The notes: generated by a model from the letters alone, not told the origin. A stretch of DNA of 64,000 bases from Myxococcota bacterium (GCA_965140415.1 OZ223209.1:512001-576000), one strand, 5' to 3'. Counted from the stretch's first letter, positions 50,506 to 60,939 are shown. Numbers and translations: made by a program.

Positions 50506-52806
50506 TTACGGTTTGACGGGATCGTCGTCTTCTTTCAAGCCGCAGTCGCGCGGGCAATTGCATTTGCTTTCACCCGGACCACAGATCCGATCCCCGCAGT
50601 TCGTGCAGAAAAAGCCGTCGTTGCAGGGCAGGCAATTACCGAAAGCATCGGCTTCATCGCAGCCGATTTCGATCAGGCCGGTACAGCAGTTTACTTCGTT
50701 CGGGCCGTAGTACACACGTTGGCCTTCCCCGGCGCAGTCGGTTTGTCCATCGCAATCCTGTGGGCAGTTACACTTGTTCTCACCCGGACCACACAGGCCG
50801 TTGCCGCAATACGTACAATAGAAGAACTCATCGCAGCCGCCGTAACAGGAGCCGTTCAGGTTGGGTTCGTCACAACCGATGGCCACCAGCCCCTGGCAGC
50901 ATTCGCGCTGATCGGGACCGATTGCTTCCATTTCACCCTCGAAGACGCACTGGTTCGTGCCGTCGCAGTCGGTCGGGCAGTTGCACTGGTTTTCGTTTTC
51001 GCCGCATTGGCCGTTGCCGCAGCGCGTGCAGTAGTTCAGCACACCACATTCGATACAGACTTCATTGTCGGGATCGAAAAAATCACAGGGGATTTTGTAT
51101 AGACCCGAGCAGCAGTTAGGTGCACCGGTTGTATTGGGAACTTCTTCGCCTTCCTGTATGCAGGTGGAGCCGCTTTCGCAGTCCTCGGGGCAGTTACATT
51201 CGTTTTCGCGCGTATCGCAACTGCCGTTTCCGCAGTAGGTGCAGTAGAAAGATCCGGTGCATTCCTGGCAGCTTCCGGTACCGACGTCGTAGGTATCGCA
51301 ATCGATATGATCCAGTCCCTCGCAGCAGTCGGGATTACCTGCGCCTTCCGTTCCGGCTCGACCTTCCTGAATGCAGGGCGGCTCCAGCGGACAATCCTGC
51401 TCGCAATTGCAGTAGTTTTCACCGGGTCCACACTGGCCGTTTCCGCAGAGCGTACAGTAATTGTAGGCAAAACAGACTTCACATTGCTCGGTCTGTGGAT
51501 TCAACACGCTGCAATCGATTGCGGTCAATCCTTCGCAGCAATCACCCGTACCGGGCATGCCGGTCGTACCGCCTTCTTGGATGCAACTCGGACCATCTTC
51601 GCAATCCGCCGGACAATTGCATTCGTTTTCACCGGGACCGCATTCATCATTGCCGCAGCGCGAGCAGTAATAGGTGCCGGTGCATTCGCTGCATTCTGCC
51701 GGATCGCCCTCCGGTTCGGAACATCCTACCGATACCAGCCCATCGCAGCAATCCAGCGCGTTGGGACCGACGGTGCCGCTTTCTCCTTCTTCCACACACA
51801 ACAAAGGAGCTTCGCAGTCAGAGGAGCAATTGCAATAGGTTTCGCCGGGACCACATTCTCCATTTCCGCATTGAGTGCAGTAAAACGAGCCGGTGCAACC
51901 CTGGCAGATTCCCTGGGCGTTGGGGGCGTCGCAACCGATCTGGGTCAGTCCGTTGCAGCAGTCAGGAGCGTCGGCAGTGACTGCCCAGCTTCCACCATCT
52001 TCGATACAATCTTGAGCGAAATCGCAATCTTGCGGACAGTTACAGGGGTTTTCACCCGCTCCGCAGCTGTCATCGCCGCAGGCCGCGCAGAAAAAGGTGC
52101 CTTCGCACTCTTCGCATACGCTCTGGGCGTTGGGAGCATCACAGCTGATTTCTACCAGATCCCCGCAACAGGGAGGGGCATCGGGGGAAATCGCCGCCGA
52201 TTCCCCCGCTTCCAGGCAAAGACCGTCCACGTCCCAGTCACCATCCGGGGCATCGCCGTCGGGACCATCACCATCGGCAATATCGGGGTCGCCATCCACG
52301 ACGTCACCATCGGCAATATCGGGATCGCCGTCTACGACGTCACCATCGGCAATATCGGGATCGCCGTCTACGACATCGCCATCGGGAAGATCAGGGTCAC
52401 CATCGACTTTATCACCATCAGGGAGATCGGGGTCGCCGTCTACGACATCACCATCTGGAATATCGGGGTCGCCGTCTACGACGTCACCATCGGCAATATC
52501 GGGATCGCCGTCTACGACATCGCCATCGGGAAGATCAGGGTCACCATCGACTTTATCACCATCGGGCTGGTCGGTATCGCCATCGACTTTATCGCCATCG
52601 GGTAGATCGGGGTCGCCATCGACTTGATCGCCATCAGGCAGATCGGGATCGCCATCGACCTGATCGCCATCAGGTGTGTCTGGGTCGCCATCCACGACAT
52701 CGCCATCGGGAGTATCTCCGTCCGGTCCGTTGTCGGAGCCGGGACAGCCTGCAAGCGTCACGGCCAGCAGCCAAACGACCATCACCCACAACATTCCATA
52801 CTTCAT
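50506..52806 (-). CDS. lipoprotein with DGD-repeat linker and eight 12-Cys repeats
   Basis: Lipobox LAGC; 12-aa DGDVVDGDPDIA repeats; 8 x ~71-aa units ending CGNGxCGPGENxCNCPxDC. Confidence 0.85.
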   Translation of the reverse strand: MKYGMLWVMVVWLLAVTLAGCPGSDNGPDGDTPDGDVVDGDPDTPDGDQVDGDPDLPDGDQVDGDPDLPDGDKVDGDTDQPDGDKVDGDPDLPDGDVVDGDPDIADGDVVDGDPDIPDGDVVDGDPDLPDGDKVDGDPDLPDGDVVDGDPDIADGDVVDGDPDIADGDVVDGDPDIADGDGPDGDAPDGDWDVDGLCLEAGESAAISPDAPPCCGDLVEISCDAPNAQSVCEECEGTFFCAACGDDSCGAGENPCNCPQDCDFAQDCIEDGGSWAVTADAPDCCNGLTQIGCDAPNAQGICQGCTGSFYCTQCGNGECGPGETYCNCSSDCEAPLLCVEEGESGTVGPNALDCCDGLVSVGCSEPEGDPAECSECTGTYYCSRCGNDECGPGENECNCPADCEDGPSCIQEGGTTGMPGTGDCCEGLTAIDCSVLNPQTEQCEVCFAYNYCTLCGNGQCGPGENYCNCEQDCPLEPPCIQEGRAGTEGAGNPDCCEGLDHIDCDTYDVGTGSCQECTGSFYCTYCGNGSCDTRENECNCPEDCESGSTCIQEGEEVPNTTGAPNCCSGLYKIPCDFFDPDNEVCIECGVLNYCTRCGNGQCGENENQCNCPTDCDGTNQCVFEGEMEAIGPDQRECCQGLVAIGCDEPNLNGSCYGGCDEFFYCTYCGNGLCGPGENKCNCPQDCDGQTDCAGEGQRVYYGPNEVNCCTGLIEIGCDEADAFGNCLPCNDGFFCTNCGDRICGPGESKCNCPRDCGLKEDDDPVKP

Positions 52807-53164
52807 TGTGCCTTCTCCATTCCCATAACTAGCTTGACGGCCCAAGCGAGGGTTCCAGTTTCCTTATTATAGACGGTAAAAGCTGGAATTTCACATTTTT
52901 TTTCCCCAGTCTTTTGTATCTGGGAAATCAGGCGTTAAAGACGATATTCAAACGATTATTAAAAAAACGATTGCGACAAGCATATCTGGGCTGGTATCAC
53001 ATAGAAACAGGTTGAATCTCATTTCTATAAGGGGTCCGCCACCCCCTGAGCCGACAACGTTGTCGATGAGATCGCCACCGATCGGCAGGGATCGGAAAAC
53101 AGAGAGCGTGAACCGACGACCACTTCCTGACGGCTTTGCTTCGGTTCCATCATGGATAAACTTC

Positions 53165-54541
53165 ATGAAAGTGTTATTGATTTCGACGAATAAGCTGCAG
53201 ACACCCTACGCGGTGTATCCGATAGGTCTGGACTATGTAGTCGGAGCGATTTCTCCCTCTCATGATGTCCGGGTGCTGGATTTGTGTCATCGAGGCGGCA
53301 ACGACTGTGTTGGGGAGGAAATTCGCGACTTCCAGCCGGATGTGGTCGGGCTTTCGCTGCGCAATATCGACAATTCCGAAGTGAATAACCCTGAGCCATA
53401 TTATGAAGATTACCGGGATATCGTGGCGCGTATCCGGCAGAACAGCCAGGCTCCCATCGTGCTAGGTGGTGCGGGATTCAACATCATGCCGGATCGATTC
53501 ATGGAGGCATTGCAAACCGAATACGGTGTGGTCGGCGATGGCGGACGTCTGCGCTGGATTTTGCAGCAACTGGAAAACGGTGAACCCATTTCAGATGGTC
53601 CCGGCGTAATTACCCACAAATCGGTCGACAGCCCGCAAAACTGGTCGTTCGATACTTCCTGGACAGAGGAAACGCTCCGGGCTTTCGATCCAAAAGATCC
53701 GCGTGTCGCGTTTTATCTGAAAGATGGCGGCATGCTCAACCTGCAAACCACGCGCGGCTGTCCATTTCACTGTATTTACTGTACATATCCCAACCTAGGT
53801 GGCAAGCAGTTGCAGCGCTTCGAGCCCAAAACCGTGGCGGAAGTCGCTTTGCAGTTGCAGCAGGCGGGGGCGAAGTTTCTGTACGTAACCGACTCCTCTT
53901 TCAATGCCGATATCGCGCACAGTTTGGATGTCGCCGAGGCGCTGAAAGCGGCGGGAGTCACAATCCCCTGGGGAGCTTTCATCACGCCGATACGGATGCC
54001 GAAGGATTATTACAAGCGCCTGGCCGACTGCGGTTTCACGCACACCGAATTTGGCACCGATGTATTGAGCGTCGAGATGCTGAGAAACATGCAAAAGCCC
54101 TTTACCATCGAAACGGTCATGCAGAATCACGAACAAGCCGCCGAAGCGGGTTTGTATATCGCGCATTATTTCACCTTTGGCGGTCCGGGAGAAACGGAAG
54201 AAACACTCAAAGAAAGCCTGGATCACGCTGAAGAACTGACCGACAGTGTGCTCTCCTTCTTCTGCGGTATCCGCATTTATCCGCATACCCGCATCTATGA
54301 CATCGCCCTGCAACAGGGACAAGTAAGCGCCGATGATGATCTGCTGAAGCCGATCTTCTATCATAGCGCAGGGATTTCACCAGAAACCGTGGTGGAGCGC
54401 GTGAAAGAACGCGCCAAGGGTCGCTTTAACTGGACCATCGGTTCCGGTGACGAGCGCATGCTCAAGGCGAAACAGCGTATGTATAAGTATGGTTATACAG
54501 GACCGCTGTGGGAAAAGCTGATCCGCCCATCCTTCGGCTAG
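53165..54541 (+). CDS. B12-binding radical SAM protein (lipid-biosynthesis-associated type)
   Basis: PYAVYPIGLDYV, VGLSLRNIDN, QTTRGCPFHCIYCTYP (CxxxCxxC), FGGPGET. Confidence 0.88.
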   Translation: MKVLLISTNKLQTPYAVYPIGLDYVVGAISPSHDVRVLDLCHRGGNDCVGEEIRDFQPDVVGLSLRNIDNSEVNNPEPYYEDYRDIVARIRQNSQAPIVLGGAGFNIMPDRFMEALQTEYGVVGDGGRLRWILQQLENGEPISDGPGVITHKSVDSPQNWSFDTSWTEETLRAFDPKDPRVAFYLKDGGMLNLQTTRGCPFHCIYCTYPNLGGKQLQRFEPKTVAEVALQLQQAGAKFLYVTDSSFNADIAHSLDVAEALKAAGVTIPWGAFITPIRMPKDYYKRLADCGFTHTEFGTDVLSVEMLRNMQKPFTIETVMQNHEQAAEAGLYIAHYFTFGGPGETEETLKESLDHAEELTDSVLSFFCGIRIYPHTRIYDIALQQGQVSADDDLLKPIFYHSAGISPETVVERVKERAKGRFNWTIGSGDERMLKAKQRMYKYGYTGPLWEKLIRPSFG

Positions 54542-54643
54542 TTGTTGAAGTGCAACAACTTCCCTTCTGTTCGTGCAAGAGTTGCCTTTCTCTTTGATTC
54601 AATTTACTATTTCATGCAACAGATTCTTTAGAGAGGGGTTGCC

Positions 54644-57600
54644 ATGAAAAGATTTCTGTTTCTGCCGATCATTCTGGCGTTGGGTTTACTTTGCGCCTGT
54701 AACGAAGAGGACAATTCCAATCAGCCGGACGGTGATTGGAGCGTTCCCGCAGACGGCGACTCGGAATGGAGCTGGACGGAGTTGGATCTTCCGATCGAAG
54801 CTCCCAGCGGCCCCCGCTTACCCGACTGCCTCTCCGGCGATTCGCCCGAAGGTTGCGCGCAAGCGCCGCAACTGTCCTCTTGCCCCGCTGGCGTAACGGC
54901 CTTCGGCTGTCCGACGCCACCGGCACTTGAAAACTGGAACTGCCCGACCTCCTGGCGCAGCGTCGCTCTGTTCAGCAACGAAAACGGCGAGGCTGATCCA
55001 CCGCAAGAATTGTCCGGAGTGACCGCCTGCCAGCCGCCATCGGCACCGACGGATTGTCCCGCCGATCAGCGTGCGCAACTGGGCGAAACGGTTTGTGTGC
55101 CAATCGGCAGCGCCTGCCCGAGCGGCGATTTCCCCGAACCGCCCGCCAACACAGACGGAACCGTGAGGTACGTGCGCCAGGGTTCTACAAATGGCAACGG
55201 AACGCAGGCCGCTCCATATGCAAGCATCGCGCAAGCCATTAGCGCCGCAGCAGCAGGAGATGTCATCCTGATCGGGCCGGGAACCTACGTCGATCTGCTC
55301 CAGATCGACAAGCCGCTCACGCTGATCGGTGCCTGTGTGGCTAAAACCCGCCTGAAAGTTCCCCAGGGAAATGGAGATCTCGATACCGCCGCGATTCACA
55401 TTCAGGAAGCATCCGTTACCCTGAAAAATCTGGCGTTGATGGGGCAGCAAAACGGTTTGACCATCAAAGGAGAAAGCGCCGTGGTGACGGCCTCCGGTCT
55501 GTTGATCGAGGATGCCAGTGGCAGCGGCATTCGCATTTCTTCCGGCGTGCTGCGGCTGTCCGGTTCACGCATTGCAAATTCGATTTCATCTTACGCAGGT
55601 GGTACGGGACAAGGTATCACGGCGCTCGATGGTGCAACGCTAACGATTTCGGACAGCGTGCTCGAAGGCAATCGCGATGCAGCGATTTCACTGCGCGGTC
55701 AACGCGGTGACATTCCCAGCTCCGCAACCTTGAATAATGTGCTGCTGCGCAACACCCACAAAGGCGCGGCTTCTTACAGCGGTTTCGGTCTAGCGTTATA
55801 CGATGGCGCACAAGCGCGTCTGTCTGCCGTGTGGCTCGATCGAAATCATGGCGCGGGAATTCTTGCCACCGCTGCCACTCCCGGTTTGTTGCCTTATCTC
55901 GAATTGACGGATGTTGCTGTTACCGATACGCAGCCCAATGAAAGCGACGAATACGGGCGTGGCTTGCATGCGGACGGCGGCGCGAATATTTCGGCGCAAC
56001 GCCTGCTTCTCTCCGGCAATCACGAAATCGGCCTGTATTTATCCGATGTGGGAAGTAGCCTGGATGCAACGGATCTGTGGATCGTCGATTCATTACCCAG
56101 TCCCAACGGGGATCTGTCCAGCGCCTTGTGGCTGCAAAGCGGCGCGCAGGCTACCATAAAACGCGGTGTAATCGACCGAGCGGGCGGCGTTGGCGTTTTC
56201 GCCACCAGCGTGGCTTCTTCCACGGCGACCCAATTGACATTTTCCGATCTTGTGGTTCGCAACACCTTAGAAAACAGCAACGGTCGCCCGGACAGCGGCA
56301 TCCAGCTTCAGGCGGGAGCGACACTGTCACTTACACGCGCATTGCTGATCGGCAATCGCGATAGCGGCCTGTTGTGCTTGGGCAGCGAGCAAAGCGGACC
56401 GACGTTGGCTCAGCTCACCGATGTCACGGTACGTGATACCTGGTCCGCCGATTACAGTTCCAACGGACGCGGCATCTGGGTGCAGCAGGGAGCGCGTGTC
56501 GAACTTTCAAGGGGGCTGATCGCCAATAACCGCATGGCGGGACTCTATGTGTTCGATGAATACGACGACATGCCCATACACGAACCGAGTACGCTTATTG
56601 CCTCCGACGTGGTGGTCTGTGACACCGCTCCCAATCCAGGCGGCAAGGGTGGTCATGGGCTGAATATCGAAAATGGCGGTACCGTCGAATTGTCGCGGGT
56701 GCGCTTTGAAAGCAACACCGAGTTAGGAATTTTATTGAGCAATACCGGTGTAGCGCTGGCTTCCATGTTGACGGCAGAAGATCTTAGTGTGTTGGATACG
56801 CAGGCCAACGCAGAAGGTGATTATGGGCGCGGATTGGAAGTGCAGGATGGTTCCGTGGCGTCGGTGACCCGTTCCGTATTCGACAATAACCGCGATATTG
56901 CCGTATTTGCTAGCAGTTACCAGAGTCTCTCGCAAACCGAGTTGACGCTCGATCAAACCTTGATCCGCAATACGCAACTCAACAAGCTGGGCGGCTTCGG
57001 GCGCGGTCTGGCGGTGCAGCATGGAGCGTTGGCGGAAGTGCATCAACTTCGGTTGAGTGACAATCGAGATCACGCCATTTTCGCCTATGGCAATCGGAAG
57101 GAGCAGCAGCAGGAATACCAGACGTATCTTGAACTGTACGATGTCCTGGTAGAGGACACCACCTCCAATGCGGCAGGGCGTTTCGGGCGCGGGTTGACGT
57201 TGCGTGGTGAGGGGCGCGTGATTGTGGAACGCGGGCGTTTCAGTAGGAATCAGGAAGTGGGTGTGATGGTGCGCGGCCTGGAAAAGCCGGAAGAGGGCGA
57301 AGATACCCGGCAGCCGTCGACCATCGACTTAACGGACGTGATCATCGAAGACACCCGCTTCGCCACCTGTGGCGAAGAAGAGGATGGCACCTGCATCGTC
57401 AACGGTGTTAATTATGCTTCGGGTAACGGCCTCGTGGTGATTTCAGATGGACGTGCCACTTTGCAGAGTTTCATCATTTTCGGTTCGGACATGGCCGGGA
57501 TGCAGATCGAGCAGGATGGAATCGTGCAGGCCAATACCGGTATCATCACCGGAAATCGTATCGGGATGAACATCAACGATCCCAGTTACGATATGACACA

Positions 57601-57700
57601 ACTACAGGATGAAGTTTATAGTTACGGAAATTCCGAAGAAGATCTTTCCCAGGCAGCCATTCCCCTACCGGATACCGCCGATGCCGGAGGACACGAGTAG
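54644..57700 (+). CDS. lipoprotein with parallel beta-helix repeats
   Basis: Lipobox LCAC; GNGTQAAPYASIAQAI...GDVILIGPGTY; repeated VxDT...GRGL...GA units. Confidence 0.8.
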   Translation: MKRFLFLPIILALGLLCACNEEDNSNQPDGDWSVPADGDSEWSWTELDLPIEAPSGPRLPDCLSGDSPEGCAQAPQLSSCPAGVTAFGCPTPPALENWNCPTSWRSVALFSNENGEADPPQELSGVTACQPPSAPTDCPADQRAQLGETVCVPIGSACPSGDFPEPPANTDGTVRYVRQGSTNGNGTQAAPYASIAQAISAAAAGDVILIGPGTYVDLLQIDKPLTLIGACVAKTRLKVPQGNGDLDTAAIHIQEASVTLKNLALMGQQNGLTIKGESAVVTASGLLIEDASGSGIRISSGVLRLSGSRIANSISSYAGGTGQGITALDGATLTISDSVLEGNRDAAISLRGQRGDIPSSATLNNVLLRNTHKGAASYSGFGLALYDGAQARLSAVWLDRNHGAGILATAATPGLLPYLELTDVAVTDTQPNESDEYGRGLHADGGANISAQRLLLSGNHEIGLYLSDVGSSLDATDLWIVDSLPSPNGDLSSALWLQSGAQATIKRGVIDRAGGVGVFATSVASSTATQLTFSDLVVRNTLENSNGRPDSGIQLQAGATLSLTRALLIGNRDSGLLCLGSEQSGPTLAQLTDVTVRDTWSADYSSNGRGIWVQQGARVELSRGLIANNRMAGLYVFDEYDDMPIHEPSTLIASDVVVCDTAPNPGGKGGHGLNIENGGTVELSRVRFESNTELGILLSNTGVALASMLTAEDLSVLDTQANAEGDYGRGLEVQDGSVASVTRSVFDNNRDIAVFASSYQSLSQTELTLDQTLIRNTQLNKLGGFGRGLAVQHGALAEVHQLRLSDNRDHAIFAYGNRKEQQQEYQTYLELYDVLVEDTTSNAAGRFGRGLTLRGEGRVIVERGRFSRNQEVGVMVRGLEKPEEGEDTRQPSTIDLTDVIIEDTRFATCGEEEDGTCIVNGVNYASGNGLVVISDGRATLQSFIIFGSDMAGMQIEQDGIVQANTGIITGNRIGMNINDPSYDMTQLQDEVYSYGNSEEDLSQAAIPLPDTADAGGHE

Positions 57701-57753
57701 AATAGGTATTATGCCAGTTCTTCACTACTGTCCAAAATAATCCTGATTCCTTC

Positions 57754-57819
57754 AGTTGGAGCATGGGCTTCTGCCCTGCTCCAAACGTTTGTCTTCTTGG
57801 TCGGGACAGGAGCCCTGAC
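57754..57819. repeat. REP-like palindrome doublet
   Basis: 57754-57783 is the reverse complement of 43824-43853 (29/30); GTCGGGACAGGAGCCCTGAC adjacent. Confidence 0.7.
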
Positions 57820-58034
57820 TGAAAATGAATGGTTCAAGACAGAGCCTTGAACCATCAAATCGAAGATCGCGGAAGGCTGTGGCTCTTCAACAAGTTACAC
57901 ACGGCCTCCCGGAATTTCCATTCCGTGAGACCATGGCACATCGTGATTACTCGATGGACAGAAATGAATGATATCTGCTCTAGTGCTACCATGAAGAAGG
58001 TCGCTCTTTCGAACATTCTCTCCCCCATAAACGA

Positions 58035-58063
58035 CTGGAAGCGGGCATTTCACCCGCTTCCAG
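58035..58063 (-). terminator. stem-loop terminator
   Basis: CTGGAAGCGGG-catttca-CCCGCTTCCAG. Confidence 0.6.
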
Positions 58064-58094
58064 CTATTAAGCTAAGCGCTTATGCAACCATGCA

Positions 58095-60647
58095 CTACGG
58101 CGTGTCGGTGTAGCAATCCATCATCAACTGGTTACAGGGATGATTCGAATCGCTGGAAATATTGGATACGCAACTGTTCACATCAGCCGCGCCGCTGCAT
58201 TCATTAGCAACGCATTCGTTGAAATCAAGGTATAGCTGGCGTGCATCCGTGGTCGCTTCTCCAATGCAATCCCCATATAAGACGGGATACAGGTTCAGCG
58301 TCATGATCCCCGAGGTAACCGAACTCATGAAACAAGTGGAGACATCCCAGCAGGTTTCGTAGGTACAGGGCGCTCCGGTCACTTCGCATGATTCGGGCGG
58401 ATCGCCATAAGCTGCCCGGCCCGCTTCGTAACACGCACCGCCGGGGTAGTTATAGAAAATCAGTGCCATAAAGTCCTGTGTCTGACTCATGCAGGCAAGA
58501 TAGTTATCCAAGGCCAATATGGAACTTTCATCCGCTTGTTCCAGGCACGTGAAATAGGCTGCCAGATCGTAGGACAGGATCGAGTTGCTCAGACAATTAT
58601 ACAGGGTCAAGGCGTCGGTGCAGCCTGTTTGCGACTGCGCCGGATCGCAATATTCGGGATCGAAACACGTGGTGTATTCGCTCCCGCATACACCCTGCGG
58701 CAACATCATCGAAGCCGGATCGACCATTTGAGTTCCACCAATAACGTTGGTCACGCAGTCCATCAGATCTGTAGCCTGTGTCATGGCGTCTTCTGATACC
58801 AAGGACATGTCAATAGTCTGACCGGACATTTGAGCGCTCATGAGATCCCCGCAGGTAAGACAATTGGAGTACAACGTCGGATCGCAGGTCCAGTTCTGTG
58901 CGCAGTCCATCAACGCGTTATATTCCGTCTGGCACTCCGTCAGGTTCGCCGCACAGCCCAATCGCTCCATGCTGAATTGTTCGCCGGTGCAACCGTTTGC
59001 CACTGCGCAATCGTCCACATCCTGAACATATTGCAGCGCACGCGGTTCCGCCTGCGCCGTGCAATCATCCCGGCAGGCAGGGAAGGAGGCCGCATCGGTC
59101 GGACAGTTGCCTAAACATGTTACGAGACCGTAACAGGTAAGCCCTTGTTCCGGCAAATCCTCCGTGCAGATTCCATTGACGCAGGTTTCGTCGGGATCGG
59201 CACAGGTGCCGCAGCTTCCACCGCAACCATCGTCGCCGCATTCCAGCCCACTGCAATCGGGGACGCATACGACGTCGCCATCCACCACACTGTCGCCATC
59301 GACAATGCTGTCGCCGTCCACCACCGCATCACCATCGATTACTGCATCTCCATCCACTACCGAATCGCCATCGGCCTGACAATCCGTAATCGACGCGTCG
59401 TGGTCGTCGCAGTCGAGATTGTTGGTGCTGGTTCCGGTGGGCGCCTGTGCTCCGCTGCACCAGTCGGTCGAATGATCGCCCATATAGCCGTAGCCATCGT
59501 CGTCACGGTCGGGATACACAACCAGGATCTGCCAGACAGAGGCGTTCCAGTCGTTGCAGTCGCTTTCGCCGTTAAGTTGCTCGTACCAGTTGGGAGGTAG
59601 TGTGTCGCCCGTGCATACTTCGGAAGGACCATCGTCGTAATCCGCCGGATGGCCGTCCTGATCGTAATCGGGATAACCGTACAGGATCTGGTATACGCTG
59701 GAATCGTGGTCGTTGCAGTCCAGACCGGCGGCGCAATTGACGCCGTAGCCATCCTGATCGATATCTTCGCATGCACCGTCGCCGCTATCGCCATCGGGAC
59801 CGCTCTGGCCGCAATCGCAGTCGAAGACGCTGCTGTCGTGATCGTCGCAATCCTGATTGTTTTCGGATGTGCCGACGGGAGCCTGATCGCCACTGCACCA
59901 CTCGGTTAGATGGTCGCCGCAGTAGCCGTAGCCATCGCCATCACGATCGGGATAGACATCCAGAATGCGCCAGACGCTGCTGTCCCAGTCGTTGCAGTCG
60001 CTTTCGCCGTTCAACTGTTCTGCCCAGTTTGCAGGCAGCGAATCGCCGGTGCACAGCCGCGAGGGCCCGTCGTCGTAATCCGCCGGGTGACCATCCTGGT
60101 CGTAGTCGGGATAACCGAATAAGATGTTGAAGCGGCTGGAGTCGCTTTCGTCGCAGTCGGGACCGGCCTGGCAATCCACACCGTAGCTGTCCTGGTCGTA
60201 ATCCTGGCAGTTTCCGGATTGTCCTACCAGTTGGATCGGCGTCATGTAGCCGCCGTCGGAAATCACGTCGCCTTCGACGATCCAAATCGGTCCGGCGGCT
60301 TCGGGTTGGGTGGCTTGATCGGCATAACCGAAGATCCGCACACTCACCTCTGCGCCATCCGGAATTCTGGAAACCGCCGCCTTGGCTGTGCGGTCGGAGT
60401 TGATCTGCAATTGCTGCTTAACCGGCGCTTGCTGTCCAGGCCACGTGAGTTCCGCTACAAGTTCTGCGACCTGCTGCGGCGCGCGTTCGATCTGAAGGAA
60501 CACAGAGCCTTCATCAGTTGGCGTCGCCTGAAGTTCGCCGTCCAAACCCTCATAGGGCCAGACTGCCTCTTCTCCACTGTCCGTCGAGCAACCGATCACT
60601 CCCAAAGCGAACAGACCGACAGCCACACATGTCAGGAATTTTTTCAT
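58095..60647 (-). CDS. Cys/Asp-rich lipoprotein with DxDxDG / DCDD putative metal-binding motifs and an internal duplication
   Basis: Lipobox VIGC; two ~130-aa near-identical blocks; DGD linker; CVPDCSGLECGDDGCGGSCG. Confidence 0.8.
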   Translation of the reverse strand: MKKFLTCVAVGLFALGVIGCSTDSGEEAVWPYEGLDGELQATPTDEGSVFLQIERAPQQVAELVAELTWPGQQAPVKQQLQINSDRTAKAAVSRIPDGAEVSVRIFGYADQATQPEAAGPIWIVEGDVISDGGYMTPIQLVGQSGNCQDYDQDSYGVDCQAGPDCDESDSSRFNILFGYPDYDQDGHPADYDDGPSRLCTGDSLPANWAEQLNGESDCNDWDSSVWRILDVYPDRDGDGYGYCGDHLTEWCSGDQAPVGTSENNQDCDDHDSSVFDCDCGQSGPDGDSGDGACEDIDQDGYGVNCAAGLDCNDHDSSVYQILYGYPDYDQDGHPADYDDGPSEVCTGDTLPPNWYEQLNGESDCNDWNASVWQILVVYPDRDDDGYGYMGDHSTDWCSGAQAPTGTSTNNLDCDDHDASITDCQADGDSVVDGDAVIDGDAVVDGDSIVDGDSVVDGDVVCVPDCSGLECGDDGCGGSCGTCADPDETCVNGICTEDLPEQGLTCYGLVTCLGNCPTDAASFPACRDDCTAQAEPRALQYVQDVDDCAVANGCTGEQFSMERLGCAANLTECQTEYNALMDCAQNWTCDPTLYSNCLTCGDLMSAQMSGQTIDMSLVSEDAMTQATDLMDCVTNVIGGTQMVDPASMMLPQGVCGSEYTTCFDPEYCDPAQSQTGCTDALTLYNCLSNSILSYDLAAYFTCLEQADESSILALDNYLACMSQTQDFMALIFYNYPGGACYEAGRAAYGDPPESCEVTGAPCTYETCWDVSTCFMSSVTSGIMTLNLYPVLYGDCIGEATTDARQLYLDFNECVANECSGAADVNSCVSNISSDSNHPCNQLMMDCYTDTP

Positions 60648-60911
60648 GACCGACTCCCTTTTTGTATTCGGCACCGATCCGACAACAGGTAGATACCCCT
60701 TTGCCCTCGGCAAAATCGACCGAATTTATCCCTCGAAACCACACTAAGTAGTAATCTTATAAGTTGCCTTAGAAAGATAAATGACCTGGCTGGGGATGTC
60801 AACTCCAAAATGGAAGTTTTAGAAGTATTAGGTAATTTAACAAAATATTCAATTATATTGAGTTAACTTGAGGTTGGCAGCATCCTGTTATTTTCTCCCC
60901 TCATAAACGAG

Positions 60912-60939
60912 TTGAAGCGGGTGTTTTCACCCGCTTCAA
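60912..60939 (-). terminator. stem-loop terminator
   Basis: TTGAAGCGGGTG-tttt-CACCCGCTTCAA. Confidence 0.65.

Noticed and set aside
52990-53164. Possible cobalamin riboswitch ahead of the B12/radical SAM gene
   Set aside because: Some hairpins are present, but the conserved B12-box motifs were not found by eye; an Rfam/Infernal scan would settle it.
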